A stretch of DNA of 54,236 nucleotides, filler included, from Piptocephalis cylindrospora (lineage: Eukaryota), in the NCBI GenBank assembly GCA_003614145.1. It is 3 parts of 3 records of this genome, joined end to end, with 100 filler letters (N's around TTAATTAATTAA, not from the genome) between each part and the next. Parts side by side here need not be neighbours in the genome. Positions count along the whole stretch, not along the records: positions 18,211 to 36,261 come from KZ987845.1; 2 more parts are not named here. One strand, 5' to 3'. Shown here piece by piece: positions 24,080 to 36,361 of the stretch (position 1 is the stretch's first letter; every line of letters starts with the position of its first letter). The notes under the pieces are model-generated. The model saw only the letters and a program-made list of their open reading frames with translations. It was not told the origin of the DNA and searched no databases. Made by a program: the position numbers and the translations under genes.

Positions 24080-24499
24080 GCTCTGCTTGGAGGAATAAAG
24101 GAAGGGAAAGGAAGAGGGATGGCGTGTTTGTTATTGCCAAGGAGGTGTGGAGAATAGCGTGCCAGGCGAATGGGGGCGCATGGAAAGCGGAGGAGAGGCA
24201 TTTCGCACAGCAGCTGTCATCAGCATCCCATTTGAAAAAGCGCTGATGACAGTATCACTAAAAAGATACCTAGCTCCGAGGTCAGGGATGGAAGAAAGAG
24301 GAAATGGAGTATTTCATGAACATGTACAAGTTCGGGTCATGGATCTTTGGTGCATCATCTACGCTCAGGATGCACACATCCTTTCTTTTATTTTTGAATC
24401 ATACTTTTGACACATCTTACGGCCCTCCCGTCTCTTGGCTTTTTCTCTTTGTCCCGTCATGGTCCTTGGGGCAATGAGGAAAAAAGAACACCCATCCAT

Positions 24500-25943
24500 C
24501 TAGGCCATAAGGGACTCCACCTCGCTAACTTCCTTGGGGGCAGTGGTGAGGTTATCATAGCCAGTCTCCGTGATGACCACGCAATCCTCCAAGCGGACCC
24601 CACCAACGTCCATGAAGGAGGCAATGACATCGGCATTGAGGAAGGCAGCCTGCTTGGGGTTCTTGAGGGCGGGTTCGAGGAAGTGACGGACAAAGTAGCA
24701 GCCGGGCTCGACAGTCACGACCATACCGGCCTTTAGGGTACGACGCATGCGAAGATACCGGAGACCGGGCTCGTCGATGCGCTCAACGCCCTTGGGGTAG
24801 CCACCGACATCATGGACATCCAGACCGATGAGATGGCCAAGGCCGTGGGGGAAGAAGATGGCGGGGATGTTATTCGCCATGGCGTCCTCCTTGCTAATGC
24901 CCTCCTTGACGATTCCAGCGGAGATGAGGCCATCGAGGCAGACAGAGAAGGCCAGACGGTGCATGTCCTCCCACTCGACCTCGGGACGAAGTTCGGCGAG
25001 GACGGCCTTTTGCATGGCCAGGACGATCTCGTAGATGATCCTGGACTCGCCGATGAACTTTCCACCAATGGGCCAGGTACGAGTGATGTCGGCGGCGTAT
25101 CCGTGGTATTCGGCCCCAGCATCAACGAGGACCATTTGACCGGGCTTGAGAGAGGTCATGTCAGCCTCATTCTGACCGTAGTGAAGGATGGCGGCGTTGG
25201 TGCCAGACCCAACGATGGGGAGGTAAGCCTGGTACCGACAGCCGAAGCGGGCAGTCTCGTATCGGAAGAGGGCGTCAAGCTCCCGTTCGTTGGAGGACTT
25301 TCCGGCAGCGCGCATGAGGGCAACATGAGCATCACTGGATACCTTGTTGGCGTACCGAAGGAGGGAAATTTCCTTGTCATTCTTGAGGACTCGGGCCTCA
25401 GTGATGGCATCCTTGAGATGGTCAGTGTTGACTTTGGAGGCATGAGAGGGGCCAAGGGCATCCAAGGAGGTCTTGGGAAGGGCGTGGATGGTGTCAAAGG
25501 CCTCCGAATCCAGGTAGGAGGTTAGGTCAGTGGCGCTCTTGACCGAGTCGACATCGAGACGGGCGGCGAGGCACTCCAAGGACTCGGCCTCCCCCCATCC
25601 ACATGACCTCATCGGCGGGCCTGACGGGCGCAAAGAGCGTGAGGGTGGATTGGTTCAGGTCATAGATGAGTTGAAATCCAGCATCCTCGGCGCCAGAGAG
25701 GTAGAGAAAGTTGGACTCTTGTCTAAAGGGGAGATCCTAAAGAAAATAAATGGGTGGAGGGGGGAGTGGGGAGGGAGTGAGAACACTAGATATCCATGCA
25801 CGGTCACTTGGCAGCCCACTTACGGCATCGGTGTCATGACGAGCTTGGTGGACGTCACCCAAGAGGTAGAAAGCGGCCTTTCCAGAGGGCTTTGGGAGGC
25901 GGGCGGCGGTAGATTGGCAGTGAGTCTTGCTCGGGTAGCTCAT
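24500..25943 (-). CDS. PEPD: Xaa-Pro dipeptidase (prolidase, peptidase M24B); intron 25737-25823; apparent +1 frameshift at 25591-25596
   Basis: Motifs PFRQESNFLYLSG, AAILHY, VDAGAEYHGYAADITRTWP, FPHGLGHLIGLDVHDVGG, VTVEPGCYF and GGVRLED. Confidence 0.92.
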
Positions 25944-27156
25944 GGTGCTGTTCAATATGGATATAGGTTTGGGAAGGTGTGATTCCGTGGGGGAGGAAGT
26001 AAGAGAAAAGGAAAGGAGGGTTGGGCCGAGGTGCACAGCAGGAGAGGACGCGCACAAGCTTGGAATATATAATGGGTGAGGTGCGTGATGTGCGTGGGGA
26101 AAAAAGGAGTAGAGACAATGGAGGAAATGTGTGGGGGAGACATCTGGGAACGTGTGCACCATGACGTCGATATCCCATCCCTACCGTTGTACGTGTCTTT
26201 TTTCTGAGACCCGGGTGCTGTGCAGATGGTGTATGACTTGGGGGGCTGCTCAGTCACGCAGGTCTTCTCCCCTTGGTTGGCAGTTTTTTTAGACTGGATG
26301 AGGGGGCGAGGACAGATGAAAAAGAGGGTATGTAATGTAAAAAAGGGCGACAATTAGGTCTTTTTGCAAGGGAGAAGCGGTCACTTTTGAAAATGATTAG
26401 GTGTTGGTAGGCCAAGGCCTTTTTTTAAGGCTGAATAATGTGGGAACGTTAAACTGCGCCGACCAAGGAAGCTTGGCAATCCCATCTCCCCCCTTCCGAC
26501 GATAATACAAGCGGTGCCTGTGCTACGATGACCAGTCGCTTGCACTGAGGCGATTTACGCATCAACAGATGGCCCGGCCCAGGAAAGGATGGGCGGATCG
26601 GCAGAGGCTGGATAGGAAAGAGTGGATATTTTCTCTTTTTTTTCCTCTAGCGCCTTTAGATTTCAAGGTAGTGTATATACTAAATGAGAAGTCATTTAAG
26701 AGCCAGTTGGCTTTTCAAGGGATCAACATCACTTGTCAAGACAGTTTCCGCGGGACGTGGAGGAAAGGCTCAAAGTGGCTAACCCCATCGACTTATGATG
26801 GAACCATTCTTTCATATAGACCAACTACCAATATTGATCTAATGGTAATAATAAGGGATTGTTGGCCGAATGTACAATTTTTCGACACGAAGACGAGACA
26901 TGGAATACATCAGTCAGCATAGACGCACACAAACAGCAGGATCGGGAGATGACCCGACCCATCCCCCACGACCACCACCCTGCTCAGGACAATACACACT
27001 GTCTTAATAGCACAGACCAGGCCGTGTGAGAGGAGCGCAGGAAAAAGAAAAAAAAGTGGAAAATATCTCGCAAGTCATACAATTCACCATCGTATACCAC
27101 GACCAGTACTCTCAGGCCCCTCCTTCTTTCCTGTCCTCTCTTGCTAGCCCCTTACC

Positions 27157-27857
27157 ATGTCCAAGCCCGCCGTTTACGATCTCGCCCATATCCAAAGTCT
27201 CGTCCGGGCCATTCCGGACTTTCCCCATAAGGGCATCGTCTTCCAGGATATCTTCCCCATCTTCCAGGATCCCGTGGCTATCGAGTCACTGACCCTTCAC
27301 CTTCTGACCAGGATCAAGGAGACGCTTGGGGAGGAGACGAATAAGGTGGACGTGGTGGTCGGATTGGACGCACGGGGGTTCCTCTTTGGTCCTGCCCTAG
27401 CCATTCATCTGGGTGCTGCCTTCGTCCCGGTGAGAAAGCAGGGAAAGCTTCCTGGGGCCTGCACCACTGCCTCCTATTCCAAGGAATATGGTACGGATGT
27501 ACTGGAGGTTCAGGAGGGGGCCATCCGCCCTGGACAGCGGGTTATCATTATCGATGATCTGATTGCCACTGGGGGAACGGCCGCTGCTGCTGGTAAGTCT
27601 GGACGATGGTTACTCTGGCGGTGGTAGTGGTGGGGAGAGGGAGAGAGGCTTGTGTGCTCAATGCTGGCCCATGATTGCCTAGTGCATATAACACTCACAA
27701 TGACTTGTTGTCTTCCCTCATCCCTCTAGGCGAACTGGTCCGCAAATCTAAGGGGACCATTGCTATGTACCTCTTTGTCATTGAACTACTGTTCCTCAAG
27801 GGACGGGACAAGCTGGAGGGTGGATCCGTAGAGTCTCTGTTGCACTATGAGGATTAA
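27157..27857 (+). CDS. APT1: Adenine phosphoribosyltransferase, 2 exons
   Basis: Motifs IPDFPHKGIVFQDI, VGLDARGFLFG, VRKQGKLPG, YSKEYG and the PRPP-binding IIIDDLIATGGT. Confidence 0.97.
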
Positions 27858-28035
27858 GTGAGTGGAGGAGATAATAAGGTTGGATGTCTTCCATTCGAAT
27901 GAGCAGCGGCAACTCCGGTCTCTGCTTTTTACCCTACCTCATCCCATCAATACAAATACACAGAGATGATACCATTAGAAAGAAGATGTATATGGGGCTG
28001 GTCAAGCGAAATAAAAAGTCATCAAGAGGGATGGA

Positions 28036-28881
28036 TCATGAGTAAGATTGAGGCGGAAGGGTGGAGGAAAGATGGGTTTTTTCCGACCTTGCTTCCTCCA
28101 AGATTTTTCCCATATCCGGGCTATCAGAGCCCTTACCCTGATCGACAGGAGCGTGATTGCGATAGAGGATGTAATGCTGGATAATAAAGGCTGAGTCGAA
28201 TGTGAGGGAGAGACAGGAGAGACAGAGTTTGGAGGGATTTCCGGTCAGGCCATCCCAATCTCCGGATACGCCAGCATCAAATATGGCCTGACAGAGGGAA
28301 AGGGAGCCTCCGGTGAGATCCAAGAGGATGTTCCCGATGCTCCATCCCTCAGTGGACTTTCGACGATAGTTCATGTACAACTGAGGGCAGTACTTCACAA
28401 ACCCAATGACCACCTTGATCATGCTTACCTCGTACAACACGTTGAGCCAGGACATATGTCCCGTTGCGCCGAGGAAGCAAAAAGCCAGCGTGACCAAGGA
28501 GGCAAGGGTGGCGAAGGTGACAAAGATCCAGGGAAACCGGGAGGGGCCCGATTGAGCACGGTACCAAAAGGACTGGCCAAGGGTGAAAGTGGTGATGGCC
28601 AGGGCATGGAAGCCAAACACCACATCGTTGGGCCGGACGAGTGGGAGATTCCCCTCATGGATCAGTTGGTATTGCCCACGGATAAATGGATTGGCAAACA
28701 TATTGGTGTTGTAAAAGGTGAAGCAGGCAAATCCAAGGATATTGAGGTAGAGAAAGTCCGAGGAGACGCCCTTGACACTCTTTCTTCGGTAATTCAACCA
28801 CACCTGCGGATAAAAGGAAAAGGACCAAGCGGCAAAGTACACCCATCCAAGGATGGCGGAAAAGGCCGCAGCAAAGTTCAT
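28036..28881 (-). CDS. Cystinosin/ERS1-family PQ-loop transporter, intronless paralogue
   Basis: Motifs [54 protein letters not shown] and FIIQHYILY. Confidence 0.95.
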   Translation of the reverse strand: MNFAAAFSAILGWVYFAAWSFSFYPQVWLNYRRKSVKGVSSDFLYLNILGFACFTFYNTNMFANPFIRGQYQLIHEGNLPLVRPNDVVFGFHALAITTFTLGQSFWYRAQSGPSRFPWIFVTFATLASLVTLAFCFLGATGHMSWLNVLYEVSMIKVVIGFVKYCPQLYMNYRRKSTEGWSIGNILLDLTGGSLSLCQAIFDAGVSGDWDGLTGNPSKLCLSCLSLTFDSAFIIQHYILYRNHAPVDQGKGSDSPDMGKILEEARSEKTHLSSTLPPQSYS

Positions 28882-29816
28882 GAGGGTAGTCGTGGATGTA
28901 TGGACGGGAGGTGGGTTCGTATCGTGTCTTTGGGTGAATATAGGGTGTGAAGCGGCGGGGGACGTGAGTACTGATGGTGTATAGTTGCACAGGATAGTAC
29001 AACCAGGACAGACAAGAGAATGGACGGCAGAGAGATGGGTGAGATGGGGGAAAGAGATGTCAGGAAGACGATTTGGCTTCCTTTAAATCATCTTGCATCC
29101 TTCATGCCTGGATTTAGCAAAGGCTTGGAGATTAGGGAACGGAGAGTGGAGGGAATGGGTGAGGGCCCCAGGTCGATTTTGGGGCAGGAGTGGGACGGCG
29201 AGAGCGGTCCGTCTTCCCCAGTCCTCCTCTCAATCCAGGGCAAGTGAGCGTGTGTGACCAGCAAACTAGGTAGGCGGATAGGAGAGAGGCAGACGAGGAG
29301 CTGGCGGGCTGTTAAGCGGGGATGTGCAGGATGAGCACCGCTTGTAGAAACGGGGTCAAGTCTTGTCAACGAACCCTAATGTACAGCTGGGGCCTATTTA
29401 GTAGAGTGGTACTGATAGGGCCCCAGTCTCTGTGTAGACAAGGATCACGAAAAGACTTTGTAGTGAGTATATACACACGCGGTGTATAAGGGTGAATCAG
29501 GGTGTGAAGAGGAGGACTAGTTCCTTTAAGCGCTTGGCGTAAAACCAGAAAAGTACTGTGGGGGTGCACTGTTCAAGAACGAACATGTGTGTGTGGATTG
29601 GATGGCAAAGCCCCAGCTAGCTAGCTCAAGGACCACATGTCAACTCCAGTACAACACAGCACAGTACAGCACATGTCCATCCAAATTGTATTGTCGCAAA
29701 AAGAAAACGGGATGTTCCATAGGATGATGTATATGATTCAAGATGGAGTGTGGGGTAGTATTCAGCATCTTCATCAGTCCACTCTTCCTTCTTTCTCATC
29801 TCCAAAATACCCTACA

Positions 29817-31079
29817 TTAACGAATGTGATACCTCTCAGTAATTTCGTTTCGGAAACTCTGGTGGGCCATCCGAATCTTGTCGAGATCCTCCTCAAGCTT
29901 CTCGTTCTGGTGGGAGATACATTCAGAGAGTTCCTGGGCTAGATCCATTAATTTCTCAGCTTGATTGGATGCAGCTGCACTGGGGAATTGAATCTGTATT
30001 TGCTTCCGAAGACCTTGAAACAGTCCGAAGTCACCGGATCCTCCTTGGGACGCCCAAACATTTTTGATTTTCAAGAAATGGGGATCGATGTGCTGAACAT
30101 GGGCCATCTCATTGAAAAACTCCAAGGTGTTGCTTATGAGCATGAACATGCTGGTGGAGGGGGCACGTGGGTATTGCTTGGGGTGTAGGACCATATGCGT
30201 AATGCTTTCCACTTCGTCGTAGAGTGTGATGATTTCATCAATCACATTCGTACGGAGGAGGGCTTGATCAACCAAGGAGAGGTTCGGAAAGACTGAGCTG
30301 TCCAAAAGGGAGGCTCGTTCCTGGGGAGATATTGCAGTATTCTTTTCTCGTAGCTTTCGACGCAAGCGCCGCGCGAGGAGCATGGGATGACTCTCGATTT
30401 CCGGGTAATCTCCTACTGCCCCATTGGTATGTATCTTGGGGCGCAAGGACATGATAAGATGAAGATGAAAATCTGGGATTGCCAGAAGGGTCTTGGAGAC
30501 ATCGTCATTCTTAGGGCCAACCCTATCAAAGTCTGTGTTGTCTAGTCGTTGTAAACCACGGGCTAGGTCCTTCAAATCTCTCTGAAGTCTTTTGGTGAGA
30601 TATCTCCATCTAGTGAGGGCATGCGTAATGGTTCCATGGTCATGGCGGTGAGTGAAATGTTCTCTTGAGATACCGTGTCTCCCAGAGGCAGCATTGGCGA
30701 GTGATCTGATAGCGAAACGGGTAGATTCTATGTAGGTATCCCTAAGCTTAGTAAGAGACATCGAATCCATATGGCGGGCTTCGTCATTAGAGAGAGAGGC
30801 GATCTGATGATGCTCGGTATGAACGGACGATGCATCATCACTGTCCGAGAAATACTCAGGGTCGGAGGCGTAAAGGAGAACAGGAGTCATGGGAAGGGGA
30901 ACATCATGGCTCCCAGGCCTATGAAGGGATCTGGACCTCTGTCTCTGAGGAGACAGGGATCTTTGTCTATGTTCAGCCCCACGATTTAATGGATCTTCTC
31001 GCACAGGCGTGCCCACAGCAGTAAAAGCAGCCAGGGCAGAGAGGAGGATGACAGTGTGAACCTTGGCGGTGAGATACAT
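29817..31079 (-). CDS. Secreted orphan protein, ~420 aa, intronless
   Basis: ATG at 31079 gives signal peptide MYLTAKVHTVILLSALAAFTAVG; TATA-like TATATAAG about 175 nt upstream; helical C-terminal two-thirds. Confidence 0.75.
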   Translation of the reverse strand: MYLTAKVHTVILLSALAAFTAVGTPVREDPLNRGAEHRQRSLSPQRQRSRSLHRPGSHDVPLPMTPVLLYASDPEYFSDSDDASSVHTEHHQIASLSNDEARHMDSMSLTKLRDTYIESTRFAIRSLANAASGRHGISREHFTHRHDHGTITHALTRWRYLTKRLQRDLKDLARGLQRLDNTDFDRVGPKNDDVSKTLLAIPDFHLHLIMSLRPKIHTNGAVGDYPEIESHPMLLARRLRRKLREKNTAISPQERASLLDSSVFPNLSLVDQALLRTNVIDEIITLYDEVESITHMVLHPKQYPRAPSTSMFMLISNTLEFFNEMAHVQHIDPHFLKIKNVWASQGGSGDFGLFQGLRKQIQIQFPSAAASNQAEKLMDLAQELSECISHQNEKLEEDLDKIRMAHQSFRNEITERYHIR

Positions 31080-33046
31080 GAGACCGTAATAGAAGAAGTA
31101 GGATGAAGAGTCAAAGGCCTGGGTAAAGGGCAAAGACGTGCGAAATGACGTAAGAAGACGGGTAAATTGGGGAAATGAGGAGGCGAGACGAGGACGAAGG
31201 ATGAAGGACAGGCGCTATGGGAGAGAAAAGGAAAGCTCAGGTTCCACAGTCTTATATAGGCCTCAGGATTTTGAGCACACTGTCCAAGCAATATAATTGT
31301 ACTTGGGCCCTCATCTTCTTTTTTTAGAAACTCAGATTAAGTCGGAGCATGTGTCATTAATGTAGTCCACCTACTTTGGGACGGACAAGGCTAGTGGCCA
31401 CGCTGGATGCGGGCATTGAATTTCTTTTGGGTATCGGACCTTGAAGCGGGCTTTCAATAAAAACAAACAGACGTGGAAAAAAGATAGATGCAGACATAGA
31501 TACATGGGCAAGGGCTAGACATCCACATGTCCCTTCGTCTCATACAAATATCCCACAATGCATAACTTAGCCCAAGTATAGACTAGGTGTAGAAAAGTGC
31601 AATGGCTAGGGCATAAGTACAAGAAAAGCCCCATAGATTATTCCCGTATACAATGAAGGGAAAGTAATAAAGAATACTTTATTATGGGCACGAGCATACG
31701 AAAAATCACTCGCATCTCAGATAGGATAGCATTTCTTCATAGTGGGCCTTTTAGCAAATGACCCAACAGTCCATTTCATCCCAATCTCGACCATTCTAAA
31801 GCCCTGGGCCTGTCCTGATTGATTTCCATTCACACTTCCAAGAATGAGACCCAATGGGAATCTGATAGAAACCAAACCCTAATAAGGATTACTATCAGAT
31901 TCTACTCTAAGCACACTGTAGAGGGTGATATAGCATACATGTATCTGTGGTGACTTTTGGTCACCCCTATGGAGACCGGTACTAGACTGGTACCAGACTC
32001 TGGGATAGATGGTGTGTGTGTTGGTGTGAGGAGAGATTACGGCTGTGAAATCAAGGTCTCTTCTGCCCACTTCTCCTTTTACATGTCTACTCTAGTGTAT
32101 TAGGAAGATGAAGATTCCAATGGACCTTGGCTCCTATCCAGTCAATGACCCCACGGTATCGCTTGTCAATAAACAACTAAAAAGGCCCATTATCCCGACC
32201 TGTTTGAACGCGACCCACCGACTATTGCCTAGACTCCAACGGAGGGAGCGTATGAGGAGGCGATAGAAGGGCCCACGGTAGTATTTTACTCTCGCTTCTT
32301 ACACGCTCTGTTTCTATCCAATCCACACCTCACCTCGCTCCGTGGCTTGATAATTTTAGGGATTGGCTCCTTGCTAGCTCCGCTCCAATATGTATCCCGA
32401 TGGAATACAAACTCCGTATCCCATATTTTATACTCCGCGTTTTGCTCTGCTTGGCTCCATACCACTTTCCTATTTTGTCAGATTCTACCATAGACTGGAG
32501 CCAACCAAGGGTCCAATGGTGACACCGATATCACCCGCCTGCCCGGTTAAATTGCCAATGGGCTGTTTTCGGAGTTCTGTTGTCTACATTAGATTAGGAA
32601 ATATAAAGCGGTCACGCGTCATCCAGGATCTAATGACAATCTCGTACACAGCAGTAGGTGGAGTCAGATGCTAAGTGTGGAGAGTTACATGCTCCGCTAT
32701 GGGGCTGATATTAAGCATGGGGGAGGAAGGGAAGATGAGGGGCACGTTCATCCCTTCCCCTATCGTCTAAAAAAAATACATCGTCAGCGTTCTTTCGTCG
32801 TCCCTCCCTTCCCTTCCCTTTCCTTCCCTTTCATAAGCCTAACTCTCTCTTCCCTTCCTTTCCATACATCCGATTTTCTCTTCCCTTCTCCCGCCGTCCT
32901 ATTCTGCAACACCGACTCATTCAGGCATTCTGCCTTTCTCTCTTGCTCTACCCTTCCTGACGACCCCACGGCCCCCCAACACACGCACTCACTGACGATC
33001 CCTCATTTTCTCTTGCCTTTCTCCTTCCTCTGCTTCATCACTCGCC

Positions 33047-34501
33047 ATGATTTCCTCCCACATCCTCATTGCCCTAGCTCTGGGATCATCCGCCTTGGCC
33101 CTTCCCTCCCCGATCTATCCTCCTGATAAGCATTACAGGAATAAACCTCCTCAAGGGTACCAAAGCCCTCCCTCAGGCAACACAGCTGATCCTCTGATTC
33201 ATAATTCGATTTATCCTCCCTTGAACCATGACCATCAGTACTACCAGGGCGCCCTCTACCCTCCGCCTCATCTTCCTCAGCACAATACGGCTAATCGCCT
33301 CGTTCAAGGCTCGGCTTATTCCCCTCCGTCTCACTTCCCCTTGGCCAATATCTATCAGCACCACAACGGCGCCCCCTATCCTCCGTCCCATCTTCCTCAG
33401 TACAATACGGCTAATCGCTTCGTTCAAGGCTCAGCTTATCCTCCTGTGGCTCCTTCCAGCACTGATACACCCGATACGAAAAAGGTCTCGTCATCCCAAT
33501 CTTCCGCCAGGCCTCACGCAAAGTATTTCCGCCAACGTCACCTCCCCAAGGTCCTTTTCGAATTCAAAAGCTCCGAAGCGTTTGAAAGAGCTTCCCAAGA
33601 GTACAAAGACGCCGTTTTGAAGCTTACGCCTGCCGATGAGAGCAATCTACATAATTTGACCAAAGAAAAGAAAGAGGGCTTGAAGGTGTGGTGGAGCACA
33701 TTTGAGGAAGTGATTTCCCAGTTAAGCCATGGGGGAAAAAGTTTGATAAATTTCGAAGGCAAGTTTCCCACGGATTACCAGTACAATAAGCGCACGAACG
33801 CAGATCTATTATCCATGAAGGCCTTGATAAGGCACTCCCTAAAGGCCATGTATCCCGTTTATCAAGGTCTTGAGCAAGTAGGGTATTTTTCTCATAGCGA
33901 CAAGAACTCCCCTCCCCAAGAAATTCAAGGTATGATTAAAAAGGTACTCGATATTGTTGGAAAGAGGTTGTTTACCGAGGCCCATTATGTCTCTTCTGCC
34001 TATCCAGCTACTGTGATTCGTGGCCATAATTTTCAGCCAAACCCCATGGAGCTACTTTTAGTTCAGCTTCCCTTGCTCTACCATACCTTAAAGGCTTTTT
34101 CCTTTATCGAAGCAGCTACAAAATTATGCATAAACCGGGAGGCTACCTCGATGACTTGGAACAATATTTCCAAGGCCAAGAGAAATTACGGCAAATCCCT
34201 CTCTATCGTAAAACTCAACGGTTTCTCACAGGATCCATTCATCTCTAAGGGAGAAAGGTTGCTGAACACTACCGAGTGGATTGATGACCTCGTTGCTCAA
34301 GGGCTCAAGGCACCCTCTGGTACATTCCCCTCAGTCCTCGTGGACCACCTGAAAACCAGCTATCATCTGATCTTGAAGCGACTTATCCAATTGATTCAAG
34401 ATGTGAATTCAGCGATCGTACGAATGAGAATTTACAAGGACTCGTTAAAGACGAAAATCAACCAGACGATCCCATCTTTCTTTGAAGAGGGCCACCGCTA
34501 A
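33047..34501 (+). CDS. Secreted orphan protein, 484 aa, with Pro/His/Tyr-rich N-terminal repeats, intronless
   Basis: Signal peptide MISSHILIALALGSSALA; long uninterrupted ORF. Confidence 0.8.
   Translation: MISSHILIALALGSSALALPSPIYPPDKHYRNKPPQGYQSPPSGNTADPLIHNSIYPPLNHDHQYYQGALYPPPHLPQHNTANRLVQGSAYSPPSHFPLANIYQHHNGAPYPPSHLPQYNTANRFVQGSAYPPVAPSSTDTPDTKKVSSSQSSARPHAKYFRQRHLPKVLFEFKSSEAFERASQEYKDAVLKLTPADESNLHNLTKEKKEGLKVWWSTFEEVISQLSHGGKSLINFEGKFPTDYQYNKRTNADLLSMKALIRHSLKAMYPVYQGLEQVGYFSHSDKNSPPQEIQGMIKKVLDIVGKRLFTEAHYVSSAYPATVIRGHNFQPNPMELLLVQLPLLYHTLKAFSFIEAATKLCINREATSMTWNNISKAKRNYGKSLSIVKLNGFSQDPFISKGERLLNTTEWIDDLVAQGLKAPSGTFPSVLVDHLKTSYHLILKRLIQLIQDVNSAIVRMRIYKDSLKTKINQTIPSFFEEGHR
33232..33445 (+). 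repeat. Coding tandem duplication, 120-nt period
   Basis: GALYPPPHLPQHNTANRLVQGSAY and GAPYPPSHLPQYNTANRFVQGSAY; DNA catcttcctcag.acaatacggctaatcgc.tcgttcaaggctc recurs 120 nt apart. Confidence 0.85.
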
Positions 34502-35265
34502 TACTGAAAGAGGCAAGGTCGGCTCTCCTTCTTATGATTGCTGATTCCATCTTTTCTATCATTCGGATTAAGCGCGAAAGCAAGTGTTTGGACCCCCGAG
34601 GTCTTTTTCCATCGGACATCTTAATGCATTGCTTTCCCTTTTTTAATTGATGTGCATGCTTTGAATGCCTGTTTTTTAGAAGATGGTCATGATTAATAGC
34701 TTCGTCCAATACTATAAGCCATTTGAATTTGTGAGCATAATGCCAACGATCGCCACACACACACCATCTCCTGGTGCCGCAAGTTATGCTATGCATAAAG
34801 CTATAGCATACCATCTAGAACATGGTTTGAGGGGATGGGGGTAGGCCAGAAATTAGTCACATATTTGTAAATCACGCAACCTTCCTCTCTGCCTCCCTTC
34901 TTGTCCATCCTTGTCATCCGAAGATGTGGAAGTATCATTACCACCTCCTATCCTCTAGTAATCCTGAGGAGGATTTAGAGGAAAGCCTCCTATTCACAGT
35001 ACCACAAACCCATCTCTTGCCACTTTTCATGGGATTAGGAAATACATACTCAAATAAGTTTATTCAAATCACATCACATCAAGAATTATGTGTTCGGACA
35101 TTCCTATTGCCTGCCCCACTTGGGGAGAATAGAACGGTTTTATCATCATCATCCTCATCAAGAATTACCTGAGTTACCAAGATATACTCATTTTCGGGGT
35201 CTTTGTGCGTTCAAACAAGGGATGCACCTATGGGCGATAATCAACACAATTGTCCGTTGACACCC

Positions 35266-36255
35266 TTAGGAACCCTCCTCCAAAGCGGTGTAATCAGGAT
35301 CGCGAGATTCGCTTGGATAGAGGATGTAATGCTGGGTCATGAATATGAGGTCAAAGGCTACGGAGAGGAATCCGAGACCAAACTTGATGGGGTTCCCGGT
35401 GATACTGCCCCAATCATCCCAGAGGTAAGCATCGAGGAACTGCTGAGCTACAGAGAGGGTACCTCCGGTAAAATCCTGTCGGAGGGTGACAGTGAGGGGT
35501 GACTCTTCAGACCCAATGGAAGAAGGGCAAGGGCATAGGACTTACCAGGAGGATGTTTCCAATACTCCAGCCAGTGGTGGATTTTCTCTTAAAATTCAAG
35601 TACATCTGAGGACAATACTTGATGAAACTAATGATGACCTTGATACTGCCAATGAGGTAGAGGACATCCAGCCACTGGATCCTACCCGCCATGGCCAGGA
35701 CGGTATAGACAGAAATGTACCCAATGGCCAGAACGATGAGGATCAAGGAGAGTCTTGGGATTCGGGCAGATCGCTCAGTCTATGGGAGGGGGTAAGGAGA
35801 CTGGTGGAAGAGAGAAAGGTATATCGGGTGGACCTACCTTGTAGATCCAAGTCTGGGAGATGGTGATGATGGTCAAGATAAGGGCATGAAAGCCGAAGAA
35901 TAGATCATTGGCATGGATGGAGGGATTCTTCCCGTCGTGTCGCTCCCTATAAGACTCCCTGACAGAGTCATTGCTGTAAAGGGCGACATTGTATATCTTG
36001 AGAGGAGAGGGGAGAGGAAGGATGAGTTGGGGATCGGATACCTTCTTTTCCTGCAACAGCCCTGAAGCATACCGTGTAAAAGGTGAATCCCAAGAGATTG
36101 AGGTATAAAAAGTCGAGGGAAAGGCCCCGGACACTCTTTCTTTGGTAGTTGAGTAGAACTTGAGGGTAAAAGGAGGCGGACCAGGCAAGAAAGTAGGTCC
36201 AACCGATCAGGGTAGACAGGGCAGAGCCTAATTCTGTTGGGATAGTGCTGGACAT
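35266..36255 (-). CDS. Cystinosin/ERS1-family PQ-loop transporter, intron-bearing paralogue (4 exons)
   Basis: Motifs [74 protein letters not shown] and QHYILY; tail [11 protein letters not shown]. Confidence 0.92.
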
Positions 36256-36261
36256 ATGTTG

Positions 36262-36361
36262 NNNNNNNNNNNNNNNNNNNNNNNNNNNNNNNNNNNNNNN
36301 NNNNNTTAATTAATTAANNNNNNNNNNNNNNNNNNNNNNNNNNNNNNNNNNNNNNNNNNNN
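36262..36361. other. Artificial contig linker (N run / TTAATTAATTAA / N run, 100 nt)
   Basis: Same linker as at 18111-18210. Confidence 0.97.

Noticed and set aside
24733..25982. Long antisense and alternative-frame ORFs over prolidase (similar ones over the FYR and 298-aa genes)
   Set aside because: Expected from GC-rich third positions that deplete antisense stop codons; no recognisable domains
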